64,000 nucleotides of DNA from Octopus vulgaris. Taxonomy: Eukaryota. The stretch spans positions 211,358,001 to 211,422,000 of the forward strand of contig OX597814.1 of the NCBI GenBank assembly GCA_951406725.2, read 5' to 3'. Below are positions 14,971 to 26,901 of this stretch, piece by piece; the stretch's first letter is position 1, and every line of letters begins with the position of its first letter. The translations under genes and the position numbers were made by a program. The notes below the pieces were generated by a model. That model made no database searches and had not been told where the DNA came from. It worked only from the letters and a program-made list of their open reading frames with translations.

Positions 14971-15372
14971 AGGTGGTAAGCTGGCAGCATCGTTAGCACG
15001 CCGGGTAAAATGCTTAGCGGTATTTCGGCTGCCGTTACGTTGTGAGTTCAAATTCCGCCGAGGTCGGCTTTGCCTTTCATCCTTTCGGGGTCGATAAATT
15101 AAGTACCAGTTAAGCACTGGGGTCGATATAATCGACTTAATACCTATGTCTGTCCATGTTTCTCTCCTCTATGTTTAGCCTCTTGTGGGTAATAAAGAAA
15201 TAGAAATAGGTATTTCGCCCGTCGCCCCGTTCTGAGTTCAAATTCTGCCGAGGTCGACTTTGCTTTTTATCCTTTCAGGGTCGATAAATTAAGTACCAGT
15301 GAAACCCTAGTGTCACCCTATTCGACTGGACTCCTTCCCCCAAATTTGAGGTCTTGTGCCTCAAGTAAAAAT
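14971..15372 (+). mobile_element. SINE family A, dimeric form
   Basis: Full unit to ~15210, then a head-truncated second unit starting at GGTATTTCG with a different tail (CCCCAAATTTGAGGTCTTGTGCC). Confidence 0.85.
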
Positions 15373-15419
15373 GATTATTATTAGTAGTTTTATAACTACT
15401 AGTTGGTTGAACCTTTAGG

Positions 15420-15600
15420 ACGCGGGGCATAATGCTTTACGTAATTTCGTCCGTTTTTACGCTCTGAGTTCAAATACTGTCCAGGTCGACTTTGTCTTTC
15501 AGTCTCTCGGGGTCGATTAAATAAGTACCTGTTGAATAGTGAGGTCGATGTAATAGACTCACCCGAATCTATTGGTCTTTTGCCAAAGTTTGAAAGAGAT
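15420..15600 (+). mobile_element. SINE family A, degenerate
   Basis: CTGAGTTCAAAT...GGTCGACTTTG..TTTCA..CGGGGTCGATTAAATAAGTACC core. Confidence 0.8.
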
Positions 15601-15834
15601 TCCACTGTTTCTGCCTTAATACGAAGGTTGTAAAACTTTGTTACTTTAAACTTTAACACACTTTACTTTCAAGCTTCCGGCTATTGATTGTGAAGTAGCC
15701 TTTCTCTCCATTTTCCTTTATCATATTCTGCAGTCCTGTTTTCACCTTTTATTTATTTTGCATATATACATACATACATGTACATACCTACATATATAAG
15801 TTTATGAAAGAATGGAGTTGAACGACTTGTTAAC

Positions 15835-15940
15835 AAATTTCCTTTATTTTCGACATATGTTTCGAAGGCTGCATATTCCTAATTCCGAAGGAATAAGGAG
15901 TACATTATGCAGATTTCTCATCAGGAAAGGCAAGGAACTT
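15835..15940 (-). ncRNA. Type I hammerhead ribozyme, mirror copy on the minus strand
   Basis: Reverse complement of the plus copy. TCATCAG at 15918-15924, cleavage C at 15852. The single difference falls in the unpaired helix I loop. Confidence 0.8.
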
Positions 15941-15960
15941 ATGCATTTTGATGTCGGCAT

Positions 15961-16066
15961 AAGTTCCTTGCCTTTCCTGATGAGAAATCTGCATAATGTA
16001 CTCCTTATTCCTTCGGAATTAGGAATATGCAGCCTTCGAAACATATGTCGAAAAAAAAGGAAATTT
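15961..16066 (+). ncRNA. Type I hammerhead ribozyme (PLE-type, palindromic short helix III)
   Basis: Core CUGAUGA at 15977-15983. Long helix II (GAA..CUGCAUA / UAUGCAG..UUC, apical AUUCC-UUC-GGAAU). GAAA at 16038-16041. Helix III ACAUAUGU. GUC cleavage triplet ending 16049. Helix I UUCCUU-GCC-UUUC / GAAA-AAA-AAGGAA with a 3x3 internal loop. Confidence 0.8.
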
Positions 16067-16276
16067 GTTAACAAGTCGTTCAACTCCATTCTTTCATAAA
16101 CTTATATTTTTAAAATAAACATACAAATTTCCGCACGAAAGCAGGTAGTCTATGCCCTAGAGACGTAACTTCAACCGTGTTCTTTCTGATGTGGATTTGC
16201 TACCCAGGTATCGGTTATCTTTCGAATTATCCTTAATAAGATAATTCATTCAACTACTCAAATATACCTACATATA

Positions 16277-16343
<67 letters not shown>

Positions 16344-16344
16344 G

Positions 16345-17020
16345 CATATACGGGTACAGGACATCAAAAAATGTAGGCAAAATGAGAAACGAGAACATAA
16401 AAACAAAAACAGAAAACGAACTTTTTTTCGAACAACGAAAGAAACAAATAAAGAGAGAAACGAGACAGACAACATAAAGAACATTCCCTTCATCAGTTGT
16501 CCCCTGTTTTATCTACTCCACGTTTCGAAGGTAGGGCCAAGATGCGACTCCGTTAAAACAGTCCCTCCCGCAAGGCAATTTTTATAAAACTTGGGATTTT
16601 TTGCGGAAGGTGAAAGTGGTAACAGAAACAGATCACTGAGAACAAAACAATAAAAACAAACGGTGAGGACTATTAAACCAAGACGATGAGAAATGGTGAA
16701 CGCTGGAAAAACGAGTTCTGAGAAGAGACAGGTAAAAGCATGTTTGTCTTTAGGAAGGAAGTGGAAGAAAGAAAGATGAATGGCCGTTGGTCACGTGTGA
16801 GCAACGAGAGAGTCAAAGAGAAAGAGTGAGATAGACAGAGAGAGGCAACGGTGAAGGGGAGAGGGGAAGAATAGGGAAAGGCTGGGAGAGAAAAATAGAA
16901 AGGAAGAAGAACAAGAGAGACAGATATAGATAAAAAGAATACAGATAGAATAAGAGTGCGCATAATTCTTAAGATAAAACTTTCTTGGAAATAGATGCAT
17001 GCTATTCCATCATATAATAA
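16345..17020 (-). mobile_element. Penelope-like 3' end / pseudo-LTR-like region, decayed
   Basis: Minus-strand QESFILRIMRTL resembles a PLE endonuclease C-terminus. It is followed by a CT-rich tract, CACGTGACC, CGAAACGT (16522-16526) and CTGATGAAG (16490-16496). Its distal end is similar to 47390-47480 (TGTCCTGTACCC.TATATGC). Confidence 0.5.
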
Positions 17021-17062
17021 TATAAATAATATATAAATATATGCATATATATATACACACAT

Positions 17063-17104
<42 letters not shown>

Positions 17105-17109
<5 letters not shown>

Positions 17110-18360
17110 TGAATTTAAAATCATTCTTATAGACGATATTGTTTATATTTTGTCCATAGCACCTGTCCCACACGATGATATGTTGGACTAGACGTAGGCA
17201 GAAAAGTAGGGAGCGTAAAGCGTACTCTTCCAAAATCATATTCATCTGCGTCGTGTATTGGTTTTAATGTGTTTTTTTCTCCACTGTGCAATATTATATT
17301 AGATTTGCATTTGCTCATGTCACGATGCTAATTATCAGCTTCTCCATTCATGTGGAATAACTCTGATTAGTAAGTATCACTGAGTGGTGGTAAGCTTTTG
17401 AGAACCCATGCAATATACTGACGCATTTTTCCCCACTTTCAAAATCTTCTTACAATGTTCAGTTCCCCAGCAGCTCTTCTTTACAACCATAAATCCCTTT
17501 CCTGCAGCTCGATATTTAGTTGGTTGTACTTTATTCATATGAAGGCACTCTATGCTGTCTCTAGGCATGTTATAAGCCTTTATTTTTTGGGAGTATGATG
17601 TTTATACTTTGGAGTTTTTTTTATCTCCAGCATCGAGTTAGATGTTTGATTCCCTTCTGCTTGGCGTTTGATTAAATGTGGCTCCTATATATTCACAGAC
17701 GCTGGTGAGATGTGTTATTTAGAAGAAGGAGGCCATTTCTATTTCTAGTGTTTTCCTGTTGCTAGCGTTTCTCAATGTAGCAGTTATTTCTTCGCTGTTG
17801 ATAGCCAGCCTTGTTTGTGTTGCTATTAGATTTTTTTCTTCTTTTTCTCTTCCTATCCATTTTGCCGTTTGTCGTATTGGTCTTTTATGCTCTGTATGCT
17901 CTCACAATAATATCTGAATTTCTGATGTCGTTGTTACATCTACTATATTTATGGATGTGATTTATGTGTATGAAGAATCATTTAGTATTTGCATCAATTT
18001 CATTATTTCCTCGAGTGAAACATCCGCACATCTCATATAAAATTATTTCGCAAGTATTTCCTACCTGTCCTGTCTTTTGTATGCTATATTTGCATTATGT
18101 GGTCCTGCTTTCATTTTCCTTGCAGGATCACGAGTTTTCTACTTCACGTAATAAAGATTGCTCTTTCGTTCGATTTCCATTCTATTTTATTTTTTTCTAT
18201 TTTGTAGTTTTGCAGAATATTTTCCCCTCATCGCTTGATGCCATTACATGTACTGAAGAGATCAAATTACTCAATATCTCGATATCCACGCCGTCCATTG
18301 TCATGAGTATAAATACTTGCAGGACTGATAGCTGCGTATTTATTGGTTCATAGACTTTTC
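17105..18360 (-). mobile_element. Penelope-like retroelement RT plus GIY-YIG remnant, heavily decayed
   Basis: Minus frames in PLE order: KMKAGPHNANIA (GxxxAPxYAN-like), LAINSEEITATLRNA (GYP..I-like), VKKSCWGTEHCKKILKVG (Cys linker) and DMSKCKSNII (pre-GIY-YIG CxSxNxIY-like). Many stops and frameshifts. Confidence 0.45.
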
Positions 18361-18382
18361 ATTCCTTCCTAGTGTGAGGGAA

Positions 18383-18445
<63 letters not shown>

Positions 18446-18899
18446 TGAGCCGCGTGGAAGCAATGACCACTTGTAATCTGTCTGCTCTGAACTGCACCAA
18501 ATTCAGACAAGAAGGGAGCAGCAAAGAGTTTTAGTAAGTGCTGACGTCAGGGATTCATCTGTCTATTTCAGTAACGGGTTGAAGAGATCATCTCACTTTC
18601 ATTCCCAGTGGCTGACCAACAGACGATAGGCATAGAATCAAGTTATAAGATTTACGACCAAGAAGCTAATTTAGTACGGAATTCTTTGCAGAACAAACTA
18701 TTAATATGCAGCAAATAGCAAAGACACTACGTACGGAAAACGAACGCCATCGTTTTCAAGAAGAACAACGAGAAGAAAAATAAAAGAGGGAAAAGCAAGA
18801 TTGTCAATAAGTTTACTTAGAATACGTAATGATAGAGGCCTGCATAGAGTGGGGAGCTCAACTTTATAGTGGAACGAATGAGAAGCGATTAAGCTTTAA

Positions 18900-19292
18900 T
18901 CTTTATATATAAAAGAGAAGTTGTGTTTCTGTCTCCTACGATTTAGATTCCTAACTACTCACACATTTTGCGGTGCTGTTTAACCAAAACCGGGTATCTT
19001 ATAGTCGTGATTCATATCGAGCCCTTCTGGGTATTAGCGCGCGTCTACGATAAGTCTACGATTTAAAAAAAATACCATCATATTGTCCATTTTAATGCAT
19101 TTTTTCGCTATTATATAAGGGAAGTAACTCTCTAAAAATGTCTACGATGAGTCAACGATTAAAAAAAAAATTACCATCATTTGTTTTCCATTTTTAATGC
19201 ATTTTTTTGCTATTTTTTGGCTATAACTCTCTAAAAATGCTTATATAGTTATTTCCCTTACAAACCCGAGCAACGCCGGGCGATACTGCTAG
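18900..19292 (+). mobile_element. Non-autonomous Helitron (393 bp)
   Basis: 5' TC (TCTTTATATATAAAA) follows host A18899. 3' GC-rich hairpin CCCGAGC-AAC-GCCGGG, then CTAG at 19289-19292, followed by host T. No TSD. Internal ~96-bp tandem duplication. Confidence 0.9.
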
Positions 19293-19580
19293 TTAAATAT
19301 AAAGTTAGAGTGCAATTGCTGACTAGGTGCGAGATAGTAAGGCAGAATTTTAACCCAAGGAAAACAGACTACTGGTCCATAAATACTTAAATATAACGAT
19401 GCAAATACTGTAGAGCCCACCACAACTCAACTGACTTAAAAATGAGAGAAACTCTTGTAGACTATTTTCAATCTACAAATGTAAAGTATGAGAAGTACAA
19501 TTAGCCCTTGTAGTCCTGTAATCGATCCTCAGTGTTTGCTCACAGATGATTGGAATGTGTGTGTGTTGTGTGTGTGTGTA

Positions 19581-19649
<69 letters not shown>

Positions 19650-21216
19650 CTCTTCGATTATATATAATTACTAGACCGCCCTTTTTACTTAACTGAAATG
19701 GCACATGCACATACGCCTTCTAAATGCGTTAGGCGACACGTTTTGTAAGCCTGGTGTTAAATGAATAAAACATTGAATACTGTTAGTTTTCATGTGTAGT
19801 CGCTGATACCATATATAACCCATGGTAAAATTCTTCATGCTATGATGCATCTGTTTGAACTTGGAGTTCACACTTTCCAAGATGACAGAACAAATTAAAA
19901 CGTATATACGGCAGCCATTTTCCCTGCGTGTTTCTTCTTCAATCTCTATATCCTTATACCTATATTAAATATCTAGATTATTATGTGAAAAGTTTGAAAT
20001 AAAACTGTAAGATTCTCCATCAACACGTTTCGTATACAGAGTTGATTAGCTAAGAAAGAGAAAAAGAAAATAATTGAGTCAACATATTGTATTGTGTAAA
20101 GCAGTCTAACAATGGACAATATAAACACATGCAAGTTAAAAATTTTCTTCTTGCAGTTATGTGGCTTTCTCCCTCTCACTATTTAATCCTCACTCTCTTT
20201 TTTCTCACACATCGTTTCTCTCTATCTTTCTCTCTTTATTTCTTTCCTTCCTTCATTCATTCATTCTTTCTTTCTGTTTTTTCATTCATTTTCTCCCCCC
20301 CTCTTACTCTCTCCTCGTCTATACAGTGGCGCCTTGGTCGCAACACAGATGCATATCTAATAGAAAGTAAGCACAAAAACGAATGCTTATATATATATAT
20401 GTGTGTGTATTTGTGTGTGAGTGTACAGCACATACACATGCGCGACGCACATATATAACACGCACATATATGCATGCATGTTTTAGATGACGAGTGCCTA
20501 TTTACTGTTTGTATATATCTGTGTGTAGGAGAAGCGGCGGAAATTGGATGCTAAATATCAGATTAAACAATTCGCGTGAGTAACACGGCTTCTATTCCTT
20601 GACGTATTTTGACCTATCTTTTGAAACGTTTCACTGACGCAGCATAATGTCCTTTACATCACTCTGTGCATATTATATAACAACTGGTTCATTGTAGTCA
20701 GATTCCCCATCAACATTACCAGTAACCTCAGCAGTATCGACATCATTAAGGCGAATGCAGCACGGGTCACACATTGATTGATACCGCCACTACGCAGGAA
20801 ATGAAAAGCAATTGTCTCTATTTTTAACAAAGTGTGCGTAAGATAATTAAATGATTATACGAATAATGTATTCATGAGCATACATACATAACGTTACAGA
20901 GTGCGATCACAAACAGTGAGGCAACTCAGAATCAGCGCAGCTCACACATACATACATTTATCTGCGTGTGTCTATGTAGAAGCTGAGCTTGTGCTTATGG
21001 TGAGCATGTATGTATGTGTGAGAGAGAGAGAGAAAGAAAAAGTGTACGTGCGTGTATGTGTGTGTGCGTGCATGTGTGTTTGTATTTGCACATGTATGAT
21101 AAGGACAGATGATAACAGAATGTCAGATAAATCTGTATACGTATGCATGCTCAATGTTGCGAGAAACATGATTCACGCTTATAGATATATATACACACAG
21201 CAGGACTTCGCACACA

Positions 21217-21283
<67 letters not shown>

Positions 21284-21476
21284 GCGCAGTCATATTTCCG
21301 TATGTGCATTTAGCCAGTACAACGAGATTAAGCCTCCAAGAAAAATGTGTATATTCCACAAATATATAAATGCATAGGCATAAAAAACGTGCTAGGTTGC
21401 ATTTTGCGTACGTTAATTAGTGATGTAGCAGCAGCGGTAGCCGTATTAGCAGCAGCACCAGCAGCAGCAGTAGTAA

Positions 21477-21525
<49 letters not shown>

Positions 21526-21529
21526 TCTA

Positions 21530-22220
21530 CTGGCCTTCTTGTGTATTGCCATGCTACTTTGAAGTGTCAATGTTTCTTTCCTTTTCTATTTTATTGGTCC
21601 TTTTCTTTCGAGCCTTACCAAGGATAATTTCAGAAATTATGTCTTTGACCCGGCAGTGCTACCCTTTCAAGTTAAACTCTTCGAGCTGTGAACTGCCGTC
21701 GGACGGGTTCGTACGAGGTACGCGCAGAGCGACTGAACCATTGTGCATGTAGCTGTTTAGTGTTCAGACATTGCAGACTTGCAGGAACTATGGGAAACAG
21801 CAGTTGTCGCGTGTTGGACAGATACGTCTATCAATCAAACCCATACAGAAGAAAGACCCATCGCCTTTTTTAAGCTACAAGTATATAGCTGCAACTATTG
21901 CGGTTGTATGGTTGTCCAACTTCAATTGTATGAGGAGAGAGACTTCCCTATCTAATAAAGCCTTCATCGTTTTCTAAATTTTTTTGTCAAGTTTCTCTAG
22001 AAAAGAAAGATGACGACTGCAGTGCCCGAGTGAATTTATTGACGGATGAGTGAAAATAGGATAGCAAGCCAAATTGAATGACATCACTCTAAATATAGGC
22101 TTGTAAGTCGGAGAGAAACAAATGACAAAATTACTTGCCCTTTGTGTTCAAGAAGAAATTCGTTGATAGGGTTCCTCAGTAGGACGTTCAACCATCGTAC
22201 TTGAAAGTCGTCCTTCATCA
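21530..22220 (-). mobile_element. RTE-clade LINE 3' fragment, decayed
   Basis: Minus frames give a DDF(K)Y-like segment, KGQ, and RRV*L..G*HCRVKDIISEIILG, resembling the RRLxFAGHCxRxxDxIISxxxLW motif. Confidence 0.45.
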
Positions 22221-22237
22221 TTGACATATATATATAT

Positions 22238-22303
<66 letters not shown>

Positions 22304-22548
22304 GTTATATATATATATATATTGTGCTGTATAGCATGTATACTTGGATTCATTACTGATTTTTCTTAATTTTCTATAGTTTTTATAAAGTTTTTCTTTA
22401 GTTTATTTACTCATTCCTGTATTTGTGAATCGTAACATGTCTCTCTTCCCTCATAATTTTATGCAGTAGCATACAAAAGAAATCCTATTTCTTCCTTCTC
22501 CTAATCACCACTGCCACCATCATCATTGTCACCATTATTATTATTATT

Positions 22549-22720
22549 AGGCCGTGAGATAGCAGAAATATTAACGTAACGGACTAAATGCATTATTGCA
22601 TTCCTTCTGGTCTCTACGTTCTGCATTCAAGATCTACCGAAATTGAAATTTGTTTTCCGTTATTTTGAGGTCTATAAATTCCCTTTTAAATTGCTGGTCT
22701 TTTGACAAAATTTAACCAGT
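22549..22720 (+). mobile_element. SINE family A, old copy
   Basis: GGCCGTGAGATAGCAGAAATATTAAC head after (ATT)n, with a diverged core. Confidence 0.6.
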
Positions 22721-22819
22721 TATTTTTTTATCATCATATTTATTATTATTATTATTATTGCCTTTTATTATTATTATTGTTGTTGTTGTTGTTGCTGGTG
22801 TTTGTCGTAGTGCTTAAGG

Positions 22820-23170
22820 TTCCTTTTCTTCGCTTAGAACATCAGACGAAAATGTGTTTCTTTACAGTACGTGCCAATACGTCTGGACATAATAGACTGA
22901 AAAGTTCTGATTCGATAGAATTTGTATTTCATTTCTTTTTTTCTCATTTTTACGACAATCCATGACAACATGTCTACTAGATAAGCCCCACAACAAGACG
23001 AAAATGACAAGTCAACGCACAAGAATAAATGAAAAGACAGCAAAATATATATATATATATATTGCAGAAACAATGAATTGTTTTAACATTTAATAGAAAA
23101 AGAAACTGTTTGGTTTGGAACATTTTAACAATTATGTCGAATGATAGTGACAACAAATACAGTTGCACAC
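22820..23170 (-). mobile_element. Ancient LINE fossil homologous to 33110-33470
   Basis: Collinear shared words with 33110-33470 (AACATTTAATAGAAAA; TGTCTAC.A.ATA). Minus frame reads KFYRIRTFQSIMSRRIG. Confidence 0.4.
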
Positions 23171-24039
23171 AGAACCATATCTCAATATATACAATAATCG
23201 TCTTGAAGGACCATATTTTGTCTGTTACGGTTGTTAGATTTAAGAGAAAGCCCCAAGAAACATTAATGAAGTAGAAAAGATTTGGTAACTAGGCAGTCTT
23301 TTTGTTCACGGCTCTTCAAATCAGAAAATAAAAGGCGTATCTCTGTTTTGTGAATACTGGTGAGACCCTTAATCTTTCATCAGAACAACAGCTACAAGAA
23401 ACACTACATGATATCCTGATTGTGTTGAGTGAGGTTTATGGTATAACCTGCTGTATTTTCAGGTACGAAACGCAGCCAAAACAAACAAAAATATAATGGT
23501 GACGGTCAACAAGATTGGAAGAGGGGAGAATCCGTGACACCATTACAGTATTGTGTCAGAGAAAGGGTGAGATGTTGTTGAAGAAGGTGACACGAGATGG
23601 ATTTTGTTAAATTTCTTCCAAGCACTTAAATTGTGAGTAGAATATTTTTCAAGTAACATAGTCCTGGTGTAGTTTTGTATGCTGATGAAGAAAATCACAT
23701 TCATTTTTTTTTTCCATGAAATTAATAACAAAGTTACATGCATTCAGAGTTGTGCAATTTTAGCCATTCAAAAAGTTCCCTAATTGATATCATCATTTAT
23801 GCTAATCTGCGTAGCCATAAAAATCAGCACACACGAAATATTTCCGTGGTTTCTTGACCTTCTACAAGTAGCAGCCGAACATTCCTTAAACTACACGATA
23901 GCGCCTAAAATACAAAAATGACGTTTTTTAAAGTATGTTAAATGAAAAATGCCGTGGCAAGTACTTTGTAGCCTACAAAATTGTGTTGGTTTCCTTATTA
24001 GTAAAAAACAAAGCATCGCCTTCGAGTATTCAATGTAAT

Positions 24040-24430
24040 AGATCGACCCCAGTATTAATGTTTTTCTAAAAATGTTAGTTATTGTAATACTTTCCTTTTG
24101 CCGAAACGAAAAATTACGGCGACATAAGAAAGAAAACTGCGGCTCTTAAATGGTTTGTTGGTAACAGACACAACAGTACACACACCGATATATGTACGTA
24201 TAAGTTCAACGAGCTTCTTTCAATTTCCGTCTACAAAATTCACTCACTAAATTCATGGTTGGCCCGGGGCTACACTGAAAAACAATTGGCCAAATCTCAC
24301 GCATAATATATGAATATATATATATATATATATATATATAGTCCCGAGGCTACAGAAGATACTTGCACAAGGTACAATACAATGGGATTGAATACGGAAC
24401 CATGTGCTTAGTACGCTTCTTACCACACGG
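24040..24430 (-). mobile_element. SINE family B, old fragmented copy
   Basis: GCTTCTTTCAATTTCCGTCTAC, GGCCCGGGGCTAC and GATACTTGCACAAGG..GGAACCATGTG match family B in reverse. Confidence 0.65.
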
Positions 24431-24486
24431 TCACGTCTCCTTCTCTCTCTCTCTCTCTCTCTCGGCCTCAGTGCATATATATACAC

Positions 24487-24706
24487 TTTTTACTCTTTTA
24501 CTCTTATACTCGTTTCAGTCCTTTGACTGCGGCCATGCTGGGGCACCACCTGTTAGTAGAGCAAATAAACCCCAGGACTTATTCTTTGTAAACTTAGTAC
24601 TTATTCTATCGGTACCTTTGCCGAACCGCTACTTTACGGGGACGTAAACACACCCACACGGGTTGTCACACGATGTTGAGGGGGGGGGGGGGCAAACACA
24701 GACACA

Positions 24707-24748
<42 letters not shown>

Positions 24749-24905
24749 TATATACGATGGGCTTCATTTATTTTCCGTCTACCAAATCCACTCAAAAGGC
24801 TTTGGCCCGAAATTATAGTAGAAGACACTTGCCCAAGATACCACGCAGTGGGACTGCTCCCGGAACCATGTGGTTTGTAAGGAACTACTTACCACTCAGC
24901 CAGCG
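24487..24905 (-). mobile_element. SINE family B, near full length
   Basis: Reverse complement of 25996-26410, including the (CTTTTACT)n tail and internal CA tract. Confidence 0.9.
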
Positions 24906-25164
24906 TATAGGTAGATAGATAGATGTACAAACATGCCTACATACATACACAAACGCACACACACACACACATATATAAATTGCAAGAGAGAAAGAGAGAG
25001 AGGGAGAGAGAGAGAGAGATAGTGGGAGACACACACATACTCACACAAACACACACACATTTACTCAGAGGAAGAAAGAGAAATACATCGAAATAGGGAG
25101 AACAATTATTTTTCATCGAAATTTATACCAGAATAAATGCCTCGGTGGTATTAGTATTAGTAGT

Positions 25165-25400
25165 AGGCAGCGAGCTGGCAGAAACGTTAGCACACCGGGC
25201 GAAATGTTTAGCGGTATTTCGTCTGTCGTTATGTTGTGAGTTCAAATTCCGCCGAGGTCGACTTTGCCTTTCATCCTTTCGGGATCGATTAAATAAGTAC
25301 CAGTTACGCACTGGGGTCGATGTAATCGACTTAATACCTATGTCTGTCCTTGTTTGTCCCCTCTATGTTTAGCCCCTTGTGGGTAATAAAGAAATAGGTA
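25165..25400 (+). mobile_element. SINE family A, within a (TAG)n tract
   Basis: Nearly identical to 9104-9339. Confidence 0.9.
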
Positions 25401-25995
25401 TTAGTAGTAGTAGTAGTAGTAGTAGAAGTAGTAGTAGTAGTAGTAGTAGTAAGGGATGTGGTGGTGGCGGAGAAGGAGGAGGGAAAGAGAGAGAAGAGGC
25501 AGTAGTATTGGTGACAGTGGAGCCGGTGCGGTGATTTTGATAGCAGCTGCAATGATGATAGTTTTGGTGGCGTTGCGGTCAATTTTGGTGTTGTTTGGTA
25601 ACGGTACGTTTTGACGTTTTGTTGCGTGATGTAGTGACTATTTCCTTAATGTTGCTACCGCTCTCTTCACAATGTTATTCCTGTTTCTGTTACTATTAGC
25701 TTTCTTGTATAGTATGGATGGTGTCCTTGCTCTTCCCGTTACAATTTACGTTATTAAGGTAACGATAATTGCAGCAGCGTTGTTTTTATGGTTCTGGTCG
25801 TGTATTCCTTCTATATTATTATGGCTGTGACTGCTGCCGCTGTTGGTAGTACATAATGTTATTCCTAGATTTAGTTCAAAACTTTTTTCTTTCTGTTTAC
25901 GTTACGCTGCTGCTATCGCAAATGTAACTTTAACTGATAAAGACGATAAAAGCATTCCAATCAAGATCATCCCGTCTAATTATGATTATGATTAT

Positions 25996-26410
25996 AGGAG
26001 CGGCTGTGTGGAAGGTAGCTTGCTAACCAACCACATGGTTCCGGGTTCAGTCCCACTGCGTGGCATCTTGGGCAAGTGTCTTCTGCTATAGCCCCGGGCC
26101 GACCAATGCCTTGTGAGTGGATTTGGTAGACGGAAACTGAAAGAAGCCTGTCGTATATATGTATATATATATGTATGTGTGTATATGTTTGTGTGTCTGT
26201 GTTTCTCCCTACTAGCATTGCTTGACAACCGATGCTGGTGTGTTTACGTCCCAGTCACTTAGCGGTTCGGCAAAAGAGACCGATAGAATAAGTACTGGGC
26301 TTACAAAGAATAAGTCCCGGGGTCGATTTGCTCGACTAAAGGCGGTGCTCCAACATGGCCGCAGTCAAATGACTGAAACAAGTAAAAGAGTAAAAGAGAG
26401 TAAAAGAGAG
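25996..26410 (+). mobile_element. SINE family B, full length
   Basis: tRNA-like head (GGCTGTGTGG; GGTTCAGTCCC), CORE-like ATCTTGGGCAAGTGTCTT, internal TA/TG tract, 3' body ending (GTAAAAGAGA)n. Confidence 0.9.
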
Positions 26411-26869
26411 TATGTATTACTACATTATCATCGAATAGCGACCCATTTGTTATCTGCGAGATATGGCTTCTATTTCTAGCAAGTTAAGTGATTTCACAGA
26501 GACGCAGTCGTTCTCTAGCGGTGGTATTTGTTGCACGTGTCGTCGGCCCATTCGTTGATGCTGTTTGTAATTTACAAATTCTAATATCAGACAAAGAGAA
26601 TACTTTTGATGCGGAGGTTTGTGTTACTGCATTCGGTCGTTAATTCCTCGTTACTTTTACTTTCATTTTCATTCGGTGAATCAAAATCATTTTCAAATAT
26701 TTGTTGGATTTCAATCTACTGTATTTGTCACTTGCTACAGCAAAAAATTTGTGAGTAGCATTAAAGACGGTGCAATGCGTATAAGGATTAAGATCACAAG
26801 TAATCAGATTATAAAATATAATCCATAATTATGTTGAATATTCAATAAATACATATATGTGTGTGTGTA

Positions 26870-26901
<32 letters not shown>

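Larger units (their letters stand above)
15794..16107. repeat. Long inverted repeat: 151-bp arms, 12-nt spacer (15945-15956), one mismatch
   Basis: 15794-15944 is the reverse complement of 15957-16107 with no indels. The only mismatch I found is 15846/16055. The ORF track shows mirror-image ORFs on the two strands. Confidence 0.97.

Noticed and set aside
15812-16099. Mirror-image 95-aa and 81-aa ORFs
   Set aside because: A consequence of the palindrome. No recognisable protein, and the hammerhead fold explains the sequence better.
16180-16250. Possible additional hammerhead downstream of the palindrome (CTGATGTG...CGAATT)
   Set aside because: Both core boxes are mutated and the stems are unconvincing.
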